DNA from: Alphaproteobacteria bacterium
GTDB lineage: Bacteria; Pseudomonadota; Alphaproteobacteria; GCA-2746255
Assembly (NCBI GenBank): GCA_965249135.1
Contig: OZ252220.1
Span: 864,001-928,000, forward strand
Direction: 5' to 3'
DNA length: 64,000 bases
How positions within the stretch are numbered: position 1 is the stretch's first letter; every line of letters begins with the position of its first letter. Made by a program: the position numbers and the translations under genes. Below the pieces are notes generated by a model. That model saw only the letters and a list, made by a program, of their open reading frames with translations. It was not told where the DNA came from and searched no databases. This document shows, piece after piece, positions 1-13,213 of this stretch.

Positions 1-110
1 GATCGCGCGACGACGGCATCTTTCAGGGCATCGAGCGACCAGCCGGGACGTTTCGCGCAAGGGCCGGACGAGAAAAAGGGATTCTGCAGCCGAGAAGTCG
101 GCTTCGTCAT
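1..110 (-). CDS. serC: Phosphoserine aminotransferase, 5' part (runs off window)
   Basis: Manual translation from ATG at 110 gives [29 protein letters not shown], the [13 protein letters not shown]-terminus of alphaproteobacterial SerC. Not in the ORF track. Confidence 0.85.
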   Translation of the reverse strand, partial: MTKPTSRLQNPFFSSGPCAKRPGWSLDALKDAVVAR

Positions 111-294
111 GTGCTTCCCTGTGGAGACGGCCTGCCGGAATAGCAAATTCGCGCGGAGTTTAGTGGGCAGCGGCGTAGGGCGTCAACGGCGGATCGGGCC
201 CGGATTCGCGATTTGCCGGGCGGTCGAACGACGGGTACTCTTCCCCCCTATGGGCCATCGGGCCCAAAAAATATGACGGGGGAGGAAGGCCTTA

Positions 295-2073
295 ATGACG
301 GTCGACCAAGCCGCCTTGTTCGCCATCTTGCTGGCGGCGCTGGCGTTCTTCATCTGGGGCAGGTGGCGCTACGACGCGGTTGCCGTCGGCGCGCTGCTGG
401 CTGCCGTCTTCGCCGGCATCGTGCCCGCCGAAAGCGCCTTTTCCGGCTTCGGCCATCCGGCCGTCATCACGGTTGCCGCCGTTCTCGTGATTACGCGCGC
501 GCTGCATCATTCCGCAATCCCGGATTTGTTGGCCAACGCCATGCAGCCCTTCGGCAGCCACACGACCCTGCAGGTCGCTGCCCTCACCGTCGTCGTCGCC
601 ATCTTCTCCTCGTTCATGAACAACGTCGGCGCGCTTGCGCTCATGATGCCGGTTGCGCTCCAGATCGCCAACAAGACCGGGCGTCCGACCTCCGTCGTGC
701 TGATGCCGCTCTCCTTTGGCTCGCTTCTGGGCGGCCTGATGACGATGATCGGCACGCCGCCGAACATCATCATCGCCAATTACCGGACGACGCTCGGTGA
801 TGAGCCCTTTGGCATGTTCGATTTCTCTCCGGTGGGCATTGGCGTGGCCATCGTTGGCGTGTGTTTCATCGTCATCGTTGGCTGGCGATTGCTGCCGCAA
901 CGCAAAGGAGCCGTGCATGCCGATACCGTCTTCGAACAGATCGAGGACTACATCACCGAAGCCCGGCTGGGTCCGGATTCGGAATTCGTTGGCGCGACGC
1001 TGCAGGAACTGGAAGCGATCGGCCAGGAAGACGTCGCCATCGTCGGTCTCATCCGGGGGGAACGGAAATTCTTAGCCCCTTCCAGCTTCATCCGGCTTCA
1101 GGAAGGTGACATCCTGATCCTCGAAGCCGATCCGGATGCGCTTCGCACGCTCGTCGATCAGGCAAAACTCGAACTCATCGGAAGCGAGGGGTTGAGCGCG
1201 GAAACCATCCGCTCGGATGACGTTCGCCTGATCGAGGCCGTCGTCCCGCCCGGATCGGCGATGGAAAGCCAGACCTCCCGCAGCCTCAGGCTCCATGCTC
1301 GTTTCGGGATCAACATGCTGGGCGTCGCCCGGCACGGCGTGCCGGTGAAGGAGCGGTTGGGGCGCATCCGCTATCAGGCGGGCGACGTCCTGTTGTTGCA
1401 GGGAGACACGGTGGCGCTTGCCGAGGCGATGTCCGAACTCGGCTGCCTGCCGCTGGCCCGGCGCGACCTTCGGCTCGGCAAGCGCCAGCGGACCCTGCTT
1501 CCGGTCGGCATCTTCGCCGTCGCCATTGCGCTCACCACCTTCGGCGTCCTGCCGGCGGCCATTGCCTTCACCGGTGCCGTGGTGGCCATCGTGTTCTTCG
1601 ATCTCTTGACGCTTCGCGAGGCCTACGAAGCCATCGAATGGCCGATCATCGTCCTGCTCGGCGCCATGATCCCGGTCGGCGAGGCGTTGCGGTACACCGG
1701 TGGGGACGGCCTCATCGGCGGGACGATCGTCGGCTTTTCCGAATTCATGGATCCGACGCTGATCCTGGTGCTGATCATGGTGGCGACGATGTTGCTGTCG
1801 GACGTCATCAACAACGCCGCAACCGCGGTTCTGATGGCGCCGATCGCCGTCAGCGTCGCCATCGGGCTCGGCGTGAACACGGATCCCTTCCTGATGGCGG
1901 TCGCGGTGGGGGCGTCGTCGACCTTCCTGACCCCGATCGGCCATCAATCGAACACGCTGGTGATGGGACCCGGCGGCTACAAGTTCGGCGACTACTGGCG
2001 AATGGGATTGCCGCTCGACATCCTGATCATCGCCGTCAGCATTCCGCTGATCCTGCGCTTCTGGCCGCTTTAG
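295..2073 (+). CDS. SLC13/CitMHS-type permease with TrkA-C domains
   Basis: 592 aa, hydrophobic ends, FMNNVGA and IGTPPNII motifs, central TrkA-C-like repeats, TPIGHQSN..GPGGYKFGDY C-terminus. Confidence 0.85.
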   Translation: MTVDQAALFAILLAALAFFIWGRWRYDAVAVGALLAAVFAGIVPAESAFSGFGHPAVITVAAVLVITRALHHSAIPDLLANAMQPFGSHTTLQVAALTVVVAIFSSFMNNVGALALMMPVALQIANKTGRPTSVVLMPLSFGSLLGGLMTMIGTPPNIIIANYRTTLGDEPFGMFDFSPVGIGVAIVGVCFIVIVGWRLLPQRKGAVHADTVFEQIEDYITEARLGPDSEFVGATLQELEAIGQEDVAIVGLIRGERKFLAPSSFIRLQEGDILILEADPDALRTLVDQAKLELIGSEGLSAETIRSDDVRLIEAVVPPGSAMESQTSRSLRLHARFGINMLGVARHGVPVKERLGRIRYQAGDVLLLQGDTVALAEAMSELGCLPLARRDLRLGKRQRTLLPVGIFAVAIALTTFGVLPAAIAFTGAVVAIVFFDLLTLREAYEAIEWPIIVLLGAMIPVGEALRYTGGDGLIGGTIVGFSEFMDPTLILVLIMVATMLLSDVINNAATAVLMAPIAVSVAIGLGVNTDPFLMAVAVGASSTFLTPIGHQSNTLVMGPGGYKFGDYWRMGLPLDILIIAVSIPLILRFWPL

Positions 2074-2882
2074 GCGGCGCCTCCCTTTCGATCCATGAGC
2101 GGGTGGCCATGGTTGAGCGGCCCATGGCCGCGGCCGAAGCCGGGTGCCGTGCGAATCGCCTCCTGAACGTAAATGCGCGCGCGCAGAACCGCGTCGCGTA
2201 AGCTGAGGCCCTGGGCAAGGCCGGTGGCGATCGCCGAGGCCAGCGTGCAACCCGTGCCGTGGGTATGGCGCGTCTCGATCCTGGGGTGTGCAAACATCTC
2301 GATGCCGTCCGGTGTCGCCAGCACGTCCCGGACCGTCTTCTCCGTGAGATGGCCGCCGGTCAGCAGGACCGCCTTCGACCCAAGGGTGAGCAAGGCTCGC
2401 GCCGCGTGTTCGAGATCGTCGAGCGAGGAAATGCGAAGGCCCGTCAAGGCTTCCGCCTCTGGCAGGTTCGGCGTCATCACGTCGGCCTTAAGCAAAAGCC
2501 GCTCCTTCAGCATCTTGATCCCAGGGCCATCGAGCAAGGGCTCGCCCCCCTTCGCCACGACGATGGGATCGACGACAAGCGGCACGTCTGGCGCCTTCCT
2601 CTCGACGACCTCGACGACCGCCTCGACGACCTCGGCGGTGTGCAGCATGCCGGTCTTCAAGGCATCGGCCCCGATGTCGGAAAGCACGACCTCCATCTGC
2701 CGGCGCACGAAAGAGGCCGGTACGGCAAAGATCCCGGCGACGACTTCTGTATTTTGGGCGGTCAGCGCGGTCAGCGCCGTCGCGGCGTAGCCGCCAAGGG
2801 CGGTCACCGTCTTGATGTCCGCCTGAATTCCGGCACCGCCGCTGGAATCGGAGCCCGCAATGATAAGAACCCGTCCTTGCAT
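2070..2882 (-). CDS. thiD: Hydroxymethylpyrimidine/phosphomethylpyrimidine kinase
   Basis: IAGSDSSGGAGIQADIKT, TPNLPEA, HTHGTGCTLASA motifs. Confidence 0.95.
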   Translation of the reverse strand: MQGRVLIIAGSDSSGGAGIQADIKTVTALGGYAATALTALTAQNTEVVAGIFAVPASFVRRQMEVVLSDIGADALKTGMLHTAEVVEAVVEVVERKAPDVPLVVDPIVVAKGGEPLLDGPGIKMLKERLLLKADVMTPNLPEAEALTGLRISSLDDLEHAARALLTLGSKAVLLTGGHLTEKTVRDVLATPDGIEMFAHPRIETRHTHGTGCTLASAIATGLAQGLSLRDAVLRARIYVQEAIRTAPGFGRGHGPLNHGHPLMDRKGGAA

Positions 2883-2902
2883 GTCGCCTGCTGCTTCTGG
2901 GA

Positions 2903-4246
2903 TTAACGTGCGGTGCGTTCGATGGCGGTCACGATGTTATCGACGACGCGGTCGATCAGCGCCTCATCGCTTCCCTCGGCCATGACCCGGATGACGGGCT
3001 CGGTGCCGGACTTACGGATGAGCAGCCGCCCATCCTCACCCAGCGTCGTTTCCCCTTCCTGGATCGCCCGCAACACGTCCTTGTCCTCAAGGGGTGCTGT
3101 CTCGTCGAAACGCACGCTTCGAAGCAGTTGCGGCATCGGGTTGAAGCAACGCACCACCTCGCTCGTCGGCCGCTCCGCGTGCACGATTTCCGCCAGCACC
3201 TGCAGGGCGGCGATCAGCCCGTCGCCGGTCGTCCCGAAGTCACTGAAAATAATGTGGCCGGATTGTTCGCCGCCGACGTTGTAGCCGTGTTTCCGCATGT
3301 ACTCGACGACGTAACGATCGCCGACCTGCACCCGGGCAAGCTCGAGCCCATGGGACTTGAGATAGTGTTCAAGTCCAAGATTCGACATCACGGTGGCGAC
3401 GATCCCACCGCCTTGAAGCCGCTTCGTCTCCTGCCAGGACCGCGCGATCAACGCCATGATCTGATCGCCATCCACCAGCTCGCCGGCCTCATCGGCCAGC
3501 ACCATCCGATCCGCATCGCCATCCAGTGCGATGCCCAGATGCGCTTGCTTAGCCTTGACCGCCTCGCACATCGCCTGTGGGTCCGTCGAGCCGCAGGCGT
3601 GGTTGATGTTGAGGCCGTCCGGCGAAACCCCGATCGGCACGACCTCCGCGCCAAGCTCCCAAAGCACGGTGGGCGCCACCTTATAGGCGGCGCCGTTTGC
3701 ACAATCAACGACGATGCGAAGCCCATCCAGCGTCAGTCCGCGCGGGAAGGTCGTCTTGACGTGTTCCATATAACGCCCAAGCGCGTCATCCAGGCGCATC
3801 GCACGGCCCAACTGGTCGGACGCCACCAGGTCTTCTTCGGTGCCATTGTCGATTCGGTGTTCGATGGTGGCTTCGATCTCGTCGGAAAGCTTGCAGCCGT
3901 CCGGACCGAAAAGTTTGATCCCATTGTCCTGATGGGGGTTATGGGATGCCGAGATCATGACGCCGATGTCGGCGCGCAAGGAACGCGTCAGCATCGCGAT
4001 CGCCGGCGTCGGCATCGGGCCGACCAGGATGACGTCCATCCCCATCGAAACGAAGCCCGCGGTGAGCGCAGGCTCCAGCAAATAACCGGAAAGCCGCGTG
4101 TCCTTGCCGATGACGACCCGATGGCGGTGATCGCCACGGAGGAATTGCCGCCCGGCCGCCATGCCGACCTTCAGCGCCGTTTCCGCCGTCATCGGCTCCC
4201 GATTGGAGGTGCCGCGAATTCCATCCGTCCCGAAGAGTCTTCGCAT
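2903..4246 (-). CDS. glmM: Phosphoglucosamine mutase
   Basis: [29 protein letters not shown] motifs. Confidence 0.96.
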   Translation of the reverse strand: MRRLFGTDGIRGTSNREPMTAETALKVGMAAGRQFLRGDHRHRVVIGKDTRLSGYLLEPALTAGFVSMGMDVILVGPMPTPAIAMLTRSLRADIGVMISASHNPHQDNGIKLFGPDGCKLSDEIEATIEHRIDNGTEEDLVASDQLGRAMRLDDALGRYMEHVKTTFPRGLTLDGLRIVVDCANGAAYKVAPTVLWELGAEVVPIGVSPDGLNINHACGSTDPQAMCEAVKAKQAHLGIALDGDADRMVLADEAGELVDGDQIMALIARSWQETKRLQGGGIVATVMSNLGLEHYLKSHGLELARVQVGDRYVVEYMRKHGYNVGGEQSGHIIFSDFGTTGDGLIAALQVLAEIVHAERPTSEVVRCFNPMPQLLRSVRFDETAPLEDKDVLRAIQEGETTLGEDGRLLIRKSGTEPVIRVMAEGSDEALIDRVVDNIVTAIERTAR

Positions 4247-4313
4247 GGTCCCTTATCCCTTCCGGAAACGCCGCCCGGGATTGTAGCAGAAGGCCCTGGG
4301 CGGGAAAGGAAAT

Positions 4314-5441
4314 TTAACGATTCCTCCCACTCCGAAGGGCCGACCAGACACGTAATGCCTGCACCGACTCCGGTATGTCATGGACGCGCAAGAATTGCAC
4401 CCCCTGGTTCAAACAGCCAAGTCCCGCCGCGATGGATGCGGACCGCCGCTCTTTCGGCGCGAACTCCGGCCGGGTGCGCGCAAGAAAGCGTTTTCGCGAG
4501 ACGCCGACCAGGATCGCCGTGCCGAGCCCATGAAAGAGCGAAAGCTTCGCGAGGATTTCCAGATTGTCGTTCGCCGTCTTGCCGAAGCCGATGCCCGGAT
4601 CGACGCAAAGGTTGCCGCGCGCCATTCCCGCCTTCTCGCAAGCCTCAACCCGTGCTTCCAGATAATCGAAGATGTCGAGCGCGACGTCGTCGTAAGCAGG
4701 CGCGTCCTGCATCGTTCGTGGGTCGCCCTGCATGTGCATGAGCACGGTGGGCGCTTGCCGTTCCGCCGCCAAGGCAAGGGAGGCGCTTTCATGCGTCAAC
4801 GCCGTCACGTCGTTCAATACACACGCGCCGGCATCAAGTGCTGCCGCCATGACATCGGCGTGCCGGCTGTCGATGGAAACGATAGTGCCTTGCGATGCCA
4901 GCGCGCCGACGACCGGCAGCACGCGCGCAAGTTCTTCTTTGATGCTCACGGGTTCCGCCCCCGGTCTCGTCGACTCGCCCCCGATGTCGACGATGGCAGC
5001 ACCCGCTTGCGTGAGGAAGGCGCCATGGGCGATGGCACTGTCCGGGTCCGCATAGTCCCCGCCATCCGAGAAGCTGTCCGGGGTGACGTTGAGAACGCCG
5101 AAAAGATGGGGGTGATCGAGGGAGACACCGGCAAAGGGCGGGCGCGCGCAGATGAGATTGGCCGCGAGCCGGGCGATCCGTTTTGCGACGCACCCCCCCT
5201 TCGCCTCGGCCCAGTCCCGGACTTGCCCAAGGCTTGCCCGCCAGGCCCGCGTTTCCGCCGTTCCTCTGGTGATGAGCTCGACGCGGCGAAAGGCGAAAGG
5301 CCCGTCGGCCAAGCCTTGGGCCGCGCCCGCCGCCCGCGCGGCCCGCCCGCCCGCACCAGCCAGCAGCTCAACGGGTCTTAAGTAAAGGGCCTCCGCCTCG
5401 ACGGGATCGGGAGGCCGGCTTTCGGGTCGCCAGAACGGCAT
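4314..5441 (-). CDS. folP: Dihydropteroate synthase with N-terminal extension
   Basis: LNVTPDSFSDGG, DIGGESTRPGA, DPGIGFGK, GVSRKRF, LRVHD; position in ftsH-folP-glmM; exact start uncertain. Confidence 0.93.
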   Translation of the reverse strand: MPFWRPESRPPDPVEAEALYLRPVELLAGAGGRAARAAGAAQGLADGPFAFRRVELITRGTAETRAWRASLGQVRDWAEAKGGCVAKRIARLAANLICARPPFAGVSLDHPHLFGVLNVTPDSFSDGGDYADPDSAIAHGAFLTQAGAAIVDIGGESTRPGAEPVSIKEELARVLPVVGALASQGTIVSIDSRHADVMAAALDAGACVLNDVTALTHESASLALAAERQAPTVLMHMQGDPRTMQDAPAYDDVALDIFDYLEARVEACEKAGMARGNLCVDPGIGFGKTANDNLEILAKLSLFHGLGTAILVGVSRKRFLARTRPEFAPKERRSASIAAGLGCLNQGVQFLRVHDIPESVQALRVWSALRSGRNR

Positions 5442-5458
5442 CGGCTTGGGTGTAAGGA

Positions 5459-7405
<1,947 letters not shown>

Positions 7406-7523
7406 CGTTTCCTCTGCTTGACCCCGAACATCCGCGAGGCCTCGCCGCGCCCTTCGCCCAAGCGAAGGATATTAGCACGCAAGGCATGACCGCCCCATAA
7501 AGATAGGGACTCCGCCGCTTCCC

Positions 7524-8861
7524 TTAAACCGGAAAAACCGGGCCCGCCAGGGGCTGAACGGGGCAGAAATCCAGGCGCTTCAGGGCCACCCCCTCGGCAA
7601 GGCCGGCCCGGGCATAGCCGAGATGGGGCACCAGCAAGACCCCGCGGCGGTCCCAAAGTGCTGGCAGCGTCGGCCGCACACTGGCCGGCAGCCGGGTGTC
7701 GCGCAACCCCGGCTCGGCGGCGGCGATCTCGGCCCATCCCTTCGCACCCAGCCGGCGAAGCTTCGTCTGCTTCGCCCGTTTCGCAAGCGCGCTCCCTTGC
7801 CTTGCCGCCGCCACCTCGATTAAAAAGCGTCCGTCCCAATGAAGGCGGGCGCCGGGCACGGGGGTAAGCGGCCCTTCCTCGCCGCGTGCCTCGCGGCAAA
7901 TGAGGAAGCCATCCGCCTCAGGCAACACCCGGCAGCCGCCCAGTGTGCGGCCCTTGCCAAGCCGGCCACGGCAAAGCACATCGTGCAGTCGCTCCAGCCG
8001 TTCCTGCCTCGGCCCATGCGGCGAACCGCCAACCACCCGCAACAGGCGGCCAAGCGCACGCTGCGCCGACGCAGCGGGTGCTGCCAGAAACGGCTCCGCC
8101 TTCAGCTGGGCATAGCCTTCGGGGTAAAGGGTCGCCGTGCTTGCCAAGAGCGTCGCCGTCACCGTCTCGAAATCGGCCCGCACATGGGCCAGGCGTTGTG
8201 CCGTCCCATGCAGGCGCCCCGCCGTCACCCCTTCGCGGGCAAGAATGGGCAGCATTTGGCGAAGCCGCACCCGGGCAAAGGTGCGATCTTCGTTCGAGGG
8301 ATCCTCGATCCAGGCTTGTCCAAACGCCTCGAGGCTTTCCCGAAGACGGGCCTTCGGCGTCGCGAGCAGCGGGCGAAGCAGCCGAAGATCCGGCCGTTCA
8401 CTCTCGCGCGGCATGCCGGCCAGGCCCTCGACGCCGCTTCCCCGGGCCAGCCGGAAAAGAAACGTCTCCGCCTGATCCTCCCGGTGATGGGCGAGCAGAA
8501 GGTGCAGGATGCCTTCCTTGCCACAGCGTTCCATGAGCAGCCCATAGCGGGCATCGCGGGCAGCCGCTTGGATGCCGGTTTTCGGCTTTCTCCCCTGCCA
8601 GCGAAGAATCCGATGGGGCACCTGGCGGGCGCACAGCCATTTGCCGACCTGGCGCGCCTCCGCCGCCGATGCATCGCGCAAGCCATGATCGACCGTCAAC
8701 GCCAGCACGCCGCCGCCCCGGGCCTTCGCCCAATGATCGGCGAGCAGCGCCAGCGCCAGGCTATCTGCCCCTCCGGAAACCGCCACCGCTAGGCGCGGTT
8801 TTGCTTCGAAAGGATCGAACGCGGCCATGAGGTCCGCAAATTCCTTCGCGTGCATGGGCAT
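7524..8861 (-). CDS. tilS: tRNA(Ile)-lysidine synthetase
   Basis: AVSGGADS PP-loop, TVDHGLR, AHHREDQAETFL, WIEDPSN. Confidence 0.95.
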   Translation of the reverse strand: MPMHAKEFADLMAAFDPFEAKPRLAVAVSGGADSLALALLADHWAKARGGGVLALTVDHGLRDASAAEARQVGKWLCARQVPHRILRWQGRKPKTGIQAAARDARYGLLMERCGKEGILHLLLAHHREDQAETFLFRLARGSGVEGLAGMPRESERPDLRLLRPLLATPKARLRESLEAFGQAWIEDPSNEDRTFARVRLRQMLPILAREGVTAGRLHGTAQRLAHVRADFETVTATLLASTATLYPEGYAQLKAEPFLAAPAASAQRALGRLLRVVGGSPHGPRQERLERLHDVLCRGRLGKGRTLGGCRVLPEADGFLICREARGEEGPLTPVPGARLHWDGRFLIEVAAARQGSALAKRAKQTKLRRLGAKGWAEIAAAEPGLRDTRLPASVRPTLPALWDRRGVLLVPHLGYARAGLAEGVALKRLDFCPVQPLAGPVFPV

Positions 8862-8885
8862 TGTCTTCGATTGGGTTCCAGAAAA

Positions 8886-9821
8886 TTACGTGCAGGCGTT
8901 CCGTTTGCGTTCGGCCGCGGCGCGCTGCTTGATGGTCGCCGCCGCGTTCGGAAACTCTTTTTTCAGCCGGTTGAGCGTGGTGCAGGCTTCCTTCTTCTCG
9001 CGTAGATTGCCAAGCGATTTTGCCAATTTCAACAGATGGTCCGGCGCCTTCGAGCCCTTCGGGTCCTTCTGGTAGCCTTGAAGAAACGTCACGGCGGCCT
9101 GGCGAAAGTCGTTCCGCACGTAATAGGTCTCGCCAAGCCAGTAGGTCGCGTTCGCGGCCAGCGCGTCGTTCGGATAGGCCTCGAGAAAGGCCTGAAGCTC
9201 CCGTTCCGCATCCGCGTATTCCCGGCTTGAGAGCAGGGAAAAGGCGTGGTTATAGGCCTCCTTCGGCGGCAGGCTCGCCGCTTTCGTCGCAACCTCTTCG
9301 ACGGGCTCGGCCGATGGCACCGTCGCCAGTGGTGGCGGCGGCGCATCGGTTTTCGCCCGTGCCGCACCCGGCGGCGGAACGGTGAAATACCCCGTCTCGG
9401 CACCCCGCGTGGTGCCCGCCGTGGTGCCACCCTGCTCGAGCGCGCCGAGGCGAAGCTCGAGATCGCCGGTCAGGCGATCGAGGCGTTCGGTAAGTTCCGT
9501 CAACTTGAATTGGATCTCTTCGATGCGGCCGGTGAGCTCGCGGATCTGCGATTCGAAGCCCGTGAAGCGAAGCTCGGCGCGGGCGGCCGGCGTCGGCGCG
9601 TCGGCATAGGACGGTGCCGGCGTCGCCTCCGCGCTCGACGGCGGCGCGGAAGGTGGCGTCTTGTCCCGATACGTCTCGCGCTGCAGGATCTGCAGATTCC
9701 GCTCCAAGCGATCGAGACGATCGACCAGGACCCCCACCTCCGGGGACTGGGCAAAGGCAGGCGTGCCGAGCAAAAAGCCGAGAAAGACCGGCATACCGAT
9801 TTTCAGAAGCAGTCTGTTCAT
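8886..9821 (-). CDS. cpoB: Tol-pal system protein YbgF/CpoB
   Basis: Signal peptide, coiled coil, C-terminal TPR (NATYWLGETYY), downstream of pal. Confidence 0.9.
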   Translation of the reverse strand: MNRLLLKIGMPVFLGFLLGTPAFAQSPEVGVLVDRLDRLERNLQILQRETYRDKTPPSAPPSSAEATPAPSYADAPTPAARAELRFTGFESQIRELTGRIEEIQFKLTELTERLDRLTGDLELRLGALEQGGTTAGTTRGAETGYFTVPPPGAARAKTDAPPPPLATVPSAEPVEEVATKAASLPPKEAYNHAFSLLSSREYADAERELQAFLEAYPNDALAANATYWLGETYYVRNDFRQAAVTFLQGYQKDPKGSKAPDHLLKLAKSLGNLREKKEACTTLNRLKKEFPNAAATIKQRAAAERKRNACT

Positions 9822-9922
9822 CCTTCAAATATGCATCGTCCGCCCGACTCGAAAGGTTCCCAAGAACCCGGAAGTCGGACGGACGATGCATTCACTAGAA
9901 GCGCCGATCGCGTTTGAGATGC

Positions 9923-10396
9923 TTAGTTGACTTTCGTTACCCCGCGGCGGTTCTGCGTCCAGGCCGAATCGTTATGGCCAAGGGCTACTGGCCGCTCTTC
10001 GCCGTAACTGATCGTCGTTATCCGGCTCGCGGAAACGCCAAGCGCAACGAGGTAATCCTTCACCGCATTCGCGCGCTGTTCGCCGAGCGCCAGGTTGTAT
10101 TCCCGCGTACCCCGTTCATCACAATGGCCTTCGATGGTGATGCTCAAACTCGAATTCCGCCGAAGCCAGCCGGCCTGCGCCTTCAGCGTCTTCTGGGAGT
10201 CCGCGCGTATCCCGTATTTGTTGAAATCGAAGAAGACCCGATCGCCAACCTTGGCGACAAGCTCTTGCTGGGGGCTCATGCTGCCGGCGCCACCATAGGC
10301 ACCTCCGGCACCTCTGGCGCCTCCCGTACCAGCGGTCTGGGTCTCACAGGCGGTGAGGAGGACGACCGCTGCAACCATCACTAAAAACCGACGCAT
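9923..10396 (-). CDS. pal: Peptidoglycan-associated lipoprotein Pal
   Basis: Lipobox LTAC, IEGHCDERGTREYNLALGEQRA, SYGEERP. Confidence 0.96.
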   Translation of the reverse strand: MRRFLVMVAAVVLLTACETQTAGTGGARGAGGAYGGAGSMSPQQELVAKVGDRVFFDFNKYGIRADSQKTLKAQAGWLRRNSSLSITIEGHCDERGTREYNLALGEQRANAVKDYLVALGVSASRITTISYGEERPVALGHNDSAWTQNRRGVTKVN

Positions 10397-10578
10397 CTAC
10401 TTGTTCTCCCAATCGAAACCTGGCTGGACGGTTAAATCACGTATATGGTTTACAAATCCTAAAGAAACTGTCCGCCGGACCACCGAAACCGCCCGGCGCC
10501 TAGGGTTCACCCCCGTATCCCATGGTTTTGTTAACCATACTGGCCCGGATTCCCGGAATCAAGGGAATCCAAGGAAAA

Positions 10579-11952
10579 TCAGGGAATGAGCGGGGACCAG
10601 GCCGGATCGGAGGCATCCAGCGGCGTGACCACCTCACGTTCGTTGGCGCCGGTGAGGTCGATCGAGTAGAGCCGGATGCGATCGCGAAGGCCGTCCGGAC
10701 CACCGGGAGTCTGGCGGAAAAACATCAGCACACGGCCATTTGGCGCCCAGGTCGGGCCCTCGTCGCGAAAGCTTTCCGTCAATAACCGCTCGCCGCTGCC
10801 ATCCGGTTTCATGACGCCGATGAAGAAGCGGTTCTGATAGATCTTCGTAAAGGCGATCAGGTCGCCCCGCGGCGACCATACGGGCGTACCGTAGCGGCCC
10901 TTCCCGAAACTGATCCGGCGGATGTTCCGCCCGCTCACATTCATCGTGTAAAGCTGCTGCGATCCGCCGCGATCCGAATTAAAGACGATGCGTCCGCCGT
11001 CCGGTGCAAAGGAAGGCGACGTGTCGATGGCCGGATTCGACGTGAGCCGCCTCGAGCTTCGCGCATTTAGGTTCATGATGTAGATGTCGGAATTGCCATT
11101 CTCGGCATAGCTCATGGCGACTTCTGAATCGTCCGGCGAGAAGCGGGGCGCGAACGTCATGCCGGGAAAGTCGCCGAGACGCTCCTGGACTCCCGTTTCG
11201 ATGTCGAAAAGGTAAACCCGGGGAATATCCAGATAATAGGAAAGGAAGACGATCTTCTGCGCCGTCTTCGAAAAACGTGGCGTCAACACGAGCGTTTCCC
11301 CGTCCGTCAGGAAACGGTGGCCCTCGCCGTCCTGATCCATGACCGCCAATCGCTTGATCCGTCGCGTCGCCGGCCCGCTTTCGGCGATGTAAATCACCCG
11401 CGTATCGAAATAGCCCGTCTCGCCCGTGACCCGCTGATAGATCGCATCCGAAATCTTATGGGCGACGCGCCGCCAGTTGCCGGGTTTCGTATGGTAGGCA
11501 AGGCCCTGCATCTGCCGTTCCGCAACCACGTCCCAGAGGCGGAATTCCACCCGCAGGCGCCCATTGCGCAGCAGCTTGACGCCGCCATTGATCAGGGCCT
11601 GCGTGCCGATCACCCGCCAGTCCGCAAAACGCGGCTGGATGTTGAGCGCGACGTTCTTCTCGATAAACGCGTTTGGATCGACCCCCCGGAAGAGGCCCGA
11701 ACGTTCAAGATTGCCAAGGATGACGAACGCGATCTTCTGCCCGATCTCCTTCTCCTGGCTCCTTTTGCCTAAAAAATCCGGAATGGCGACGGGCAAGGGC
11801 TCGACCACGCCGCGCGTGATATCGATGCGAAGCTCGGCGCGCGCCGGCATGGCCAGGAAAACGAAAAGAAAAAGGGCCAGAAAAAGGGCCAGAAAAGGGG
11901 AAGGAACGAATATCCAAAAGTCTCTTTCGTTTCTTTTTATACGGTGGATCAT
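10579..11952 (-). CDS. tolB: Tol-pal beta-propeller protein TolB
   Basis: RIDITRG N-terminus, repeated P-x-F/W-S-P-D-G propeller motifs. Confidence 0.95.
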   Translation of the reverse strand: MIHRIKRNERDFWIFVPSPFLALFLALFLFVFLAMPARAELRIDITRGVVEPLPVAIPDFLGKRSQEKEIGQKIAFVILGNLERSGLFRGVDPNAFIEKNVALNIQPRFADWRVIGTQALINGGVKLLRNGRLRVEFRLWDVVAERQMQGLAYHTKPGNWRRVAHKISDAIYQRVTGETGYFDTRVIYIAESGPATRRIKRLAVMDQDGEGHRFLTDGETLVLTPRFSKTAQKIVFLSYYLDIPRVYLFDIETGVQERLGDFPGMTFAPRFSPDDSEVAMSYAENGNSDIYIMNLNARSSRRLTSNPAIDTSPSFAPDGGRIVFNSDRGGSQQLYTMNVSGRNIRRISFGKGRYGTPVWSPRGDLIAFTKIYQNRFFIGVMKPDGSGERLLTESFRDEGPTWAPNGRVLMFFRQTPGGPDGLRDRIRLYSIDLTGANEREVVTPLDASDPAWSPLIP

Positions 11953-12749
11953 GTTCCGAGCATTTCCTTTGGATTGAAGCTAAGCGTGAAGGTCTTCCAC
12001 TGTTCATATTTCCCGGGCGGCAGCCGAAGGGGACTGCACCGCGGGTTGATCACGGCGCGGTAAGCGCTCTCCGCCGCCGTCCGGAAGAAGGTGTCGCGCT
12101 TCATCCGTTCCGAATCCACGATCCGCGCCTTGCGGATCGTGCCGTCCGGATTGACGTGGACTTTAATATCGACGACGAGGTTCTCGGCGTCCTTCGCACC
12201 GACCGGCACGTTCCAGCAGCGGCTGATCTGGCTGCGGATGGCATCCAGCTCACTAAGGGTAAGCGTGGTTGCCGGATCGAAACGTCGCGGCGCGTGGATC
12301 ACCTCCGGCATTGGCTCCGCTGCCGCCGTCTCCGTCTTCTTCTGGCGGAGCTTTTCCACCGTCTTGAGGACGGAGGCGAAGGGATCCGGCGCCTTCGCCG
12401 GCGTGGGCCTAGGCTTGGGCTTCGGCTTAGCCTTCGGTTTCGGCGGCGGCGTGAGCGTTGCCGGCGTCTCCTTGGTCACCTTCTTCGTCCGCTCTAGCGA
12501 CGGGGCGGGCTTTGGTGCTGCCGTTTCTGGCAGGCTCGCCGTTTGCCGCTCGACGGCAGCTTCGCGTCTTGGTTTTTCCCGCGGCGGGCTTGGTTTCGGC
12601 AGGCTCGTCTTGTGGGAGATCGTCACCAAATCGACGACGATGGGATGGTCCTCACCCGGTGTCGGCTCGAAGAGCGCCGGCACCCCGTAATAGGCGACGA
12701 GAAGAATGCCAACATGCAGCAGTGCGGAGCTGACGAAGCCATTGCGCAT
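11949..12749 (-). CDS. tolA: TolA/TonB-like cell envelope integrity protein
   Basis: N-terminal TM with S-x3-H, Pro/Lys-rich linker, C-terminal [12 protein letters not shown] domain, operon position. Confidence 0.85.
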   Translation of the reverse strand: MRNGFVSSALLHVGILLVAYYGVPALFEPTPGEDHPIVVDLVTISHKTSLPKPSPPREKPRREAAVERQTASLPETAAPKPAPSLERTKKVTKETPATLTPPPKPKAKPKPKPRPTPAKAPDPFASVLKTVEKLRQKKTETAAAEPMPEVIHAPRRFDPATTLTLSELDAIRSQISRCWNVPVGAKDAENLVVDIKVHVNPDGTIRKARIVDSERMKRDTFFRTAAESAYRAVINPRCSPLRLPPGKYEQWKTFTLSFNPKEMLGT

Positions 12750-12755
12750 GGATGC

Positions 12756-13211
12756 CTAACCCCGCTTCGGCCGTCGCCCCTCGCCGCTGCTCCGGGCAAC
12801 GAGGCCAACCCGGTTGAAGCCGGCCGCGCTGATCGTGCTCATCACGTCCATGATGCGTCCATAATTGATCGCCTGATCCCCGCGAATGAAGATTCGCGCT
12901 TCCGGATTGTTGCCGCTGATCGCCACGAGACGCGGGGCAAGCTCCGAGATTTCCACCTGCGTTTCCTGAAGGAAGACCTCGCCTTTCGAGTTGACGGAAA
13001 CGACGAGCGGTTCGTCCCGGCCGCCAAGGGTGCCGGCGTCCGAGCGCGGCAGATCGACCGGCACGCCAACCGTCATCAAAGGCGCCGTCACCATGAAAAC
13101 GATCAGCAGAACGAGCATGACGTCCACCATCGGGGTGACGTTGATCTCGCTCATCGGACGGTAGGTGCTGCGTCCGCCGCGCGCACCGCCTTCCTGTAGG
13201 TAAATCCCCAT
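12756..13211 (-). CDS. tolR: TolR
   Basis: MSEINVTPMVDVMLVLLIVFMVTAP motif. Confidence 0.95.
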   Translation of the reverse strand: MGIYLQEGGARGGRSTYRPMSEINVTPMVDVMLVLLIVFMVTAPLMTVGVPVDLPRSDAGTLGGRDEPLVVSVNSKGEVFLQETQVEISELAPRLVAISGNNPEARIFIRGDQAINYGRIMDVMSTISAAGFNRVGLVARSSGEGRRPKRG

Positions 13212-13213
13212 GG

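Noticed and set aside
3128-4741. Long + strand ORF (537 aa), and similar long ORFs at 16813..18417, 43665..44993 and 60010..61524
   Set aside because: Antisense or alternate-frame shadows of well-supported genes, typical of high-GC DNA; no recognisable motifs.
4314-5441. FolP N-terminal extension as a novel fusion
   Set aside because: Such extensions are common in alphaproteobacterial FolP as far as I recall; no separate domain is recognisable.
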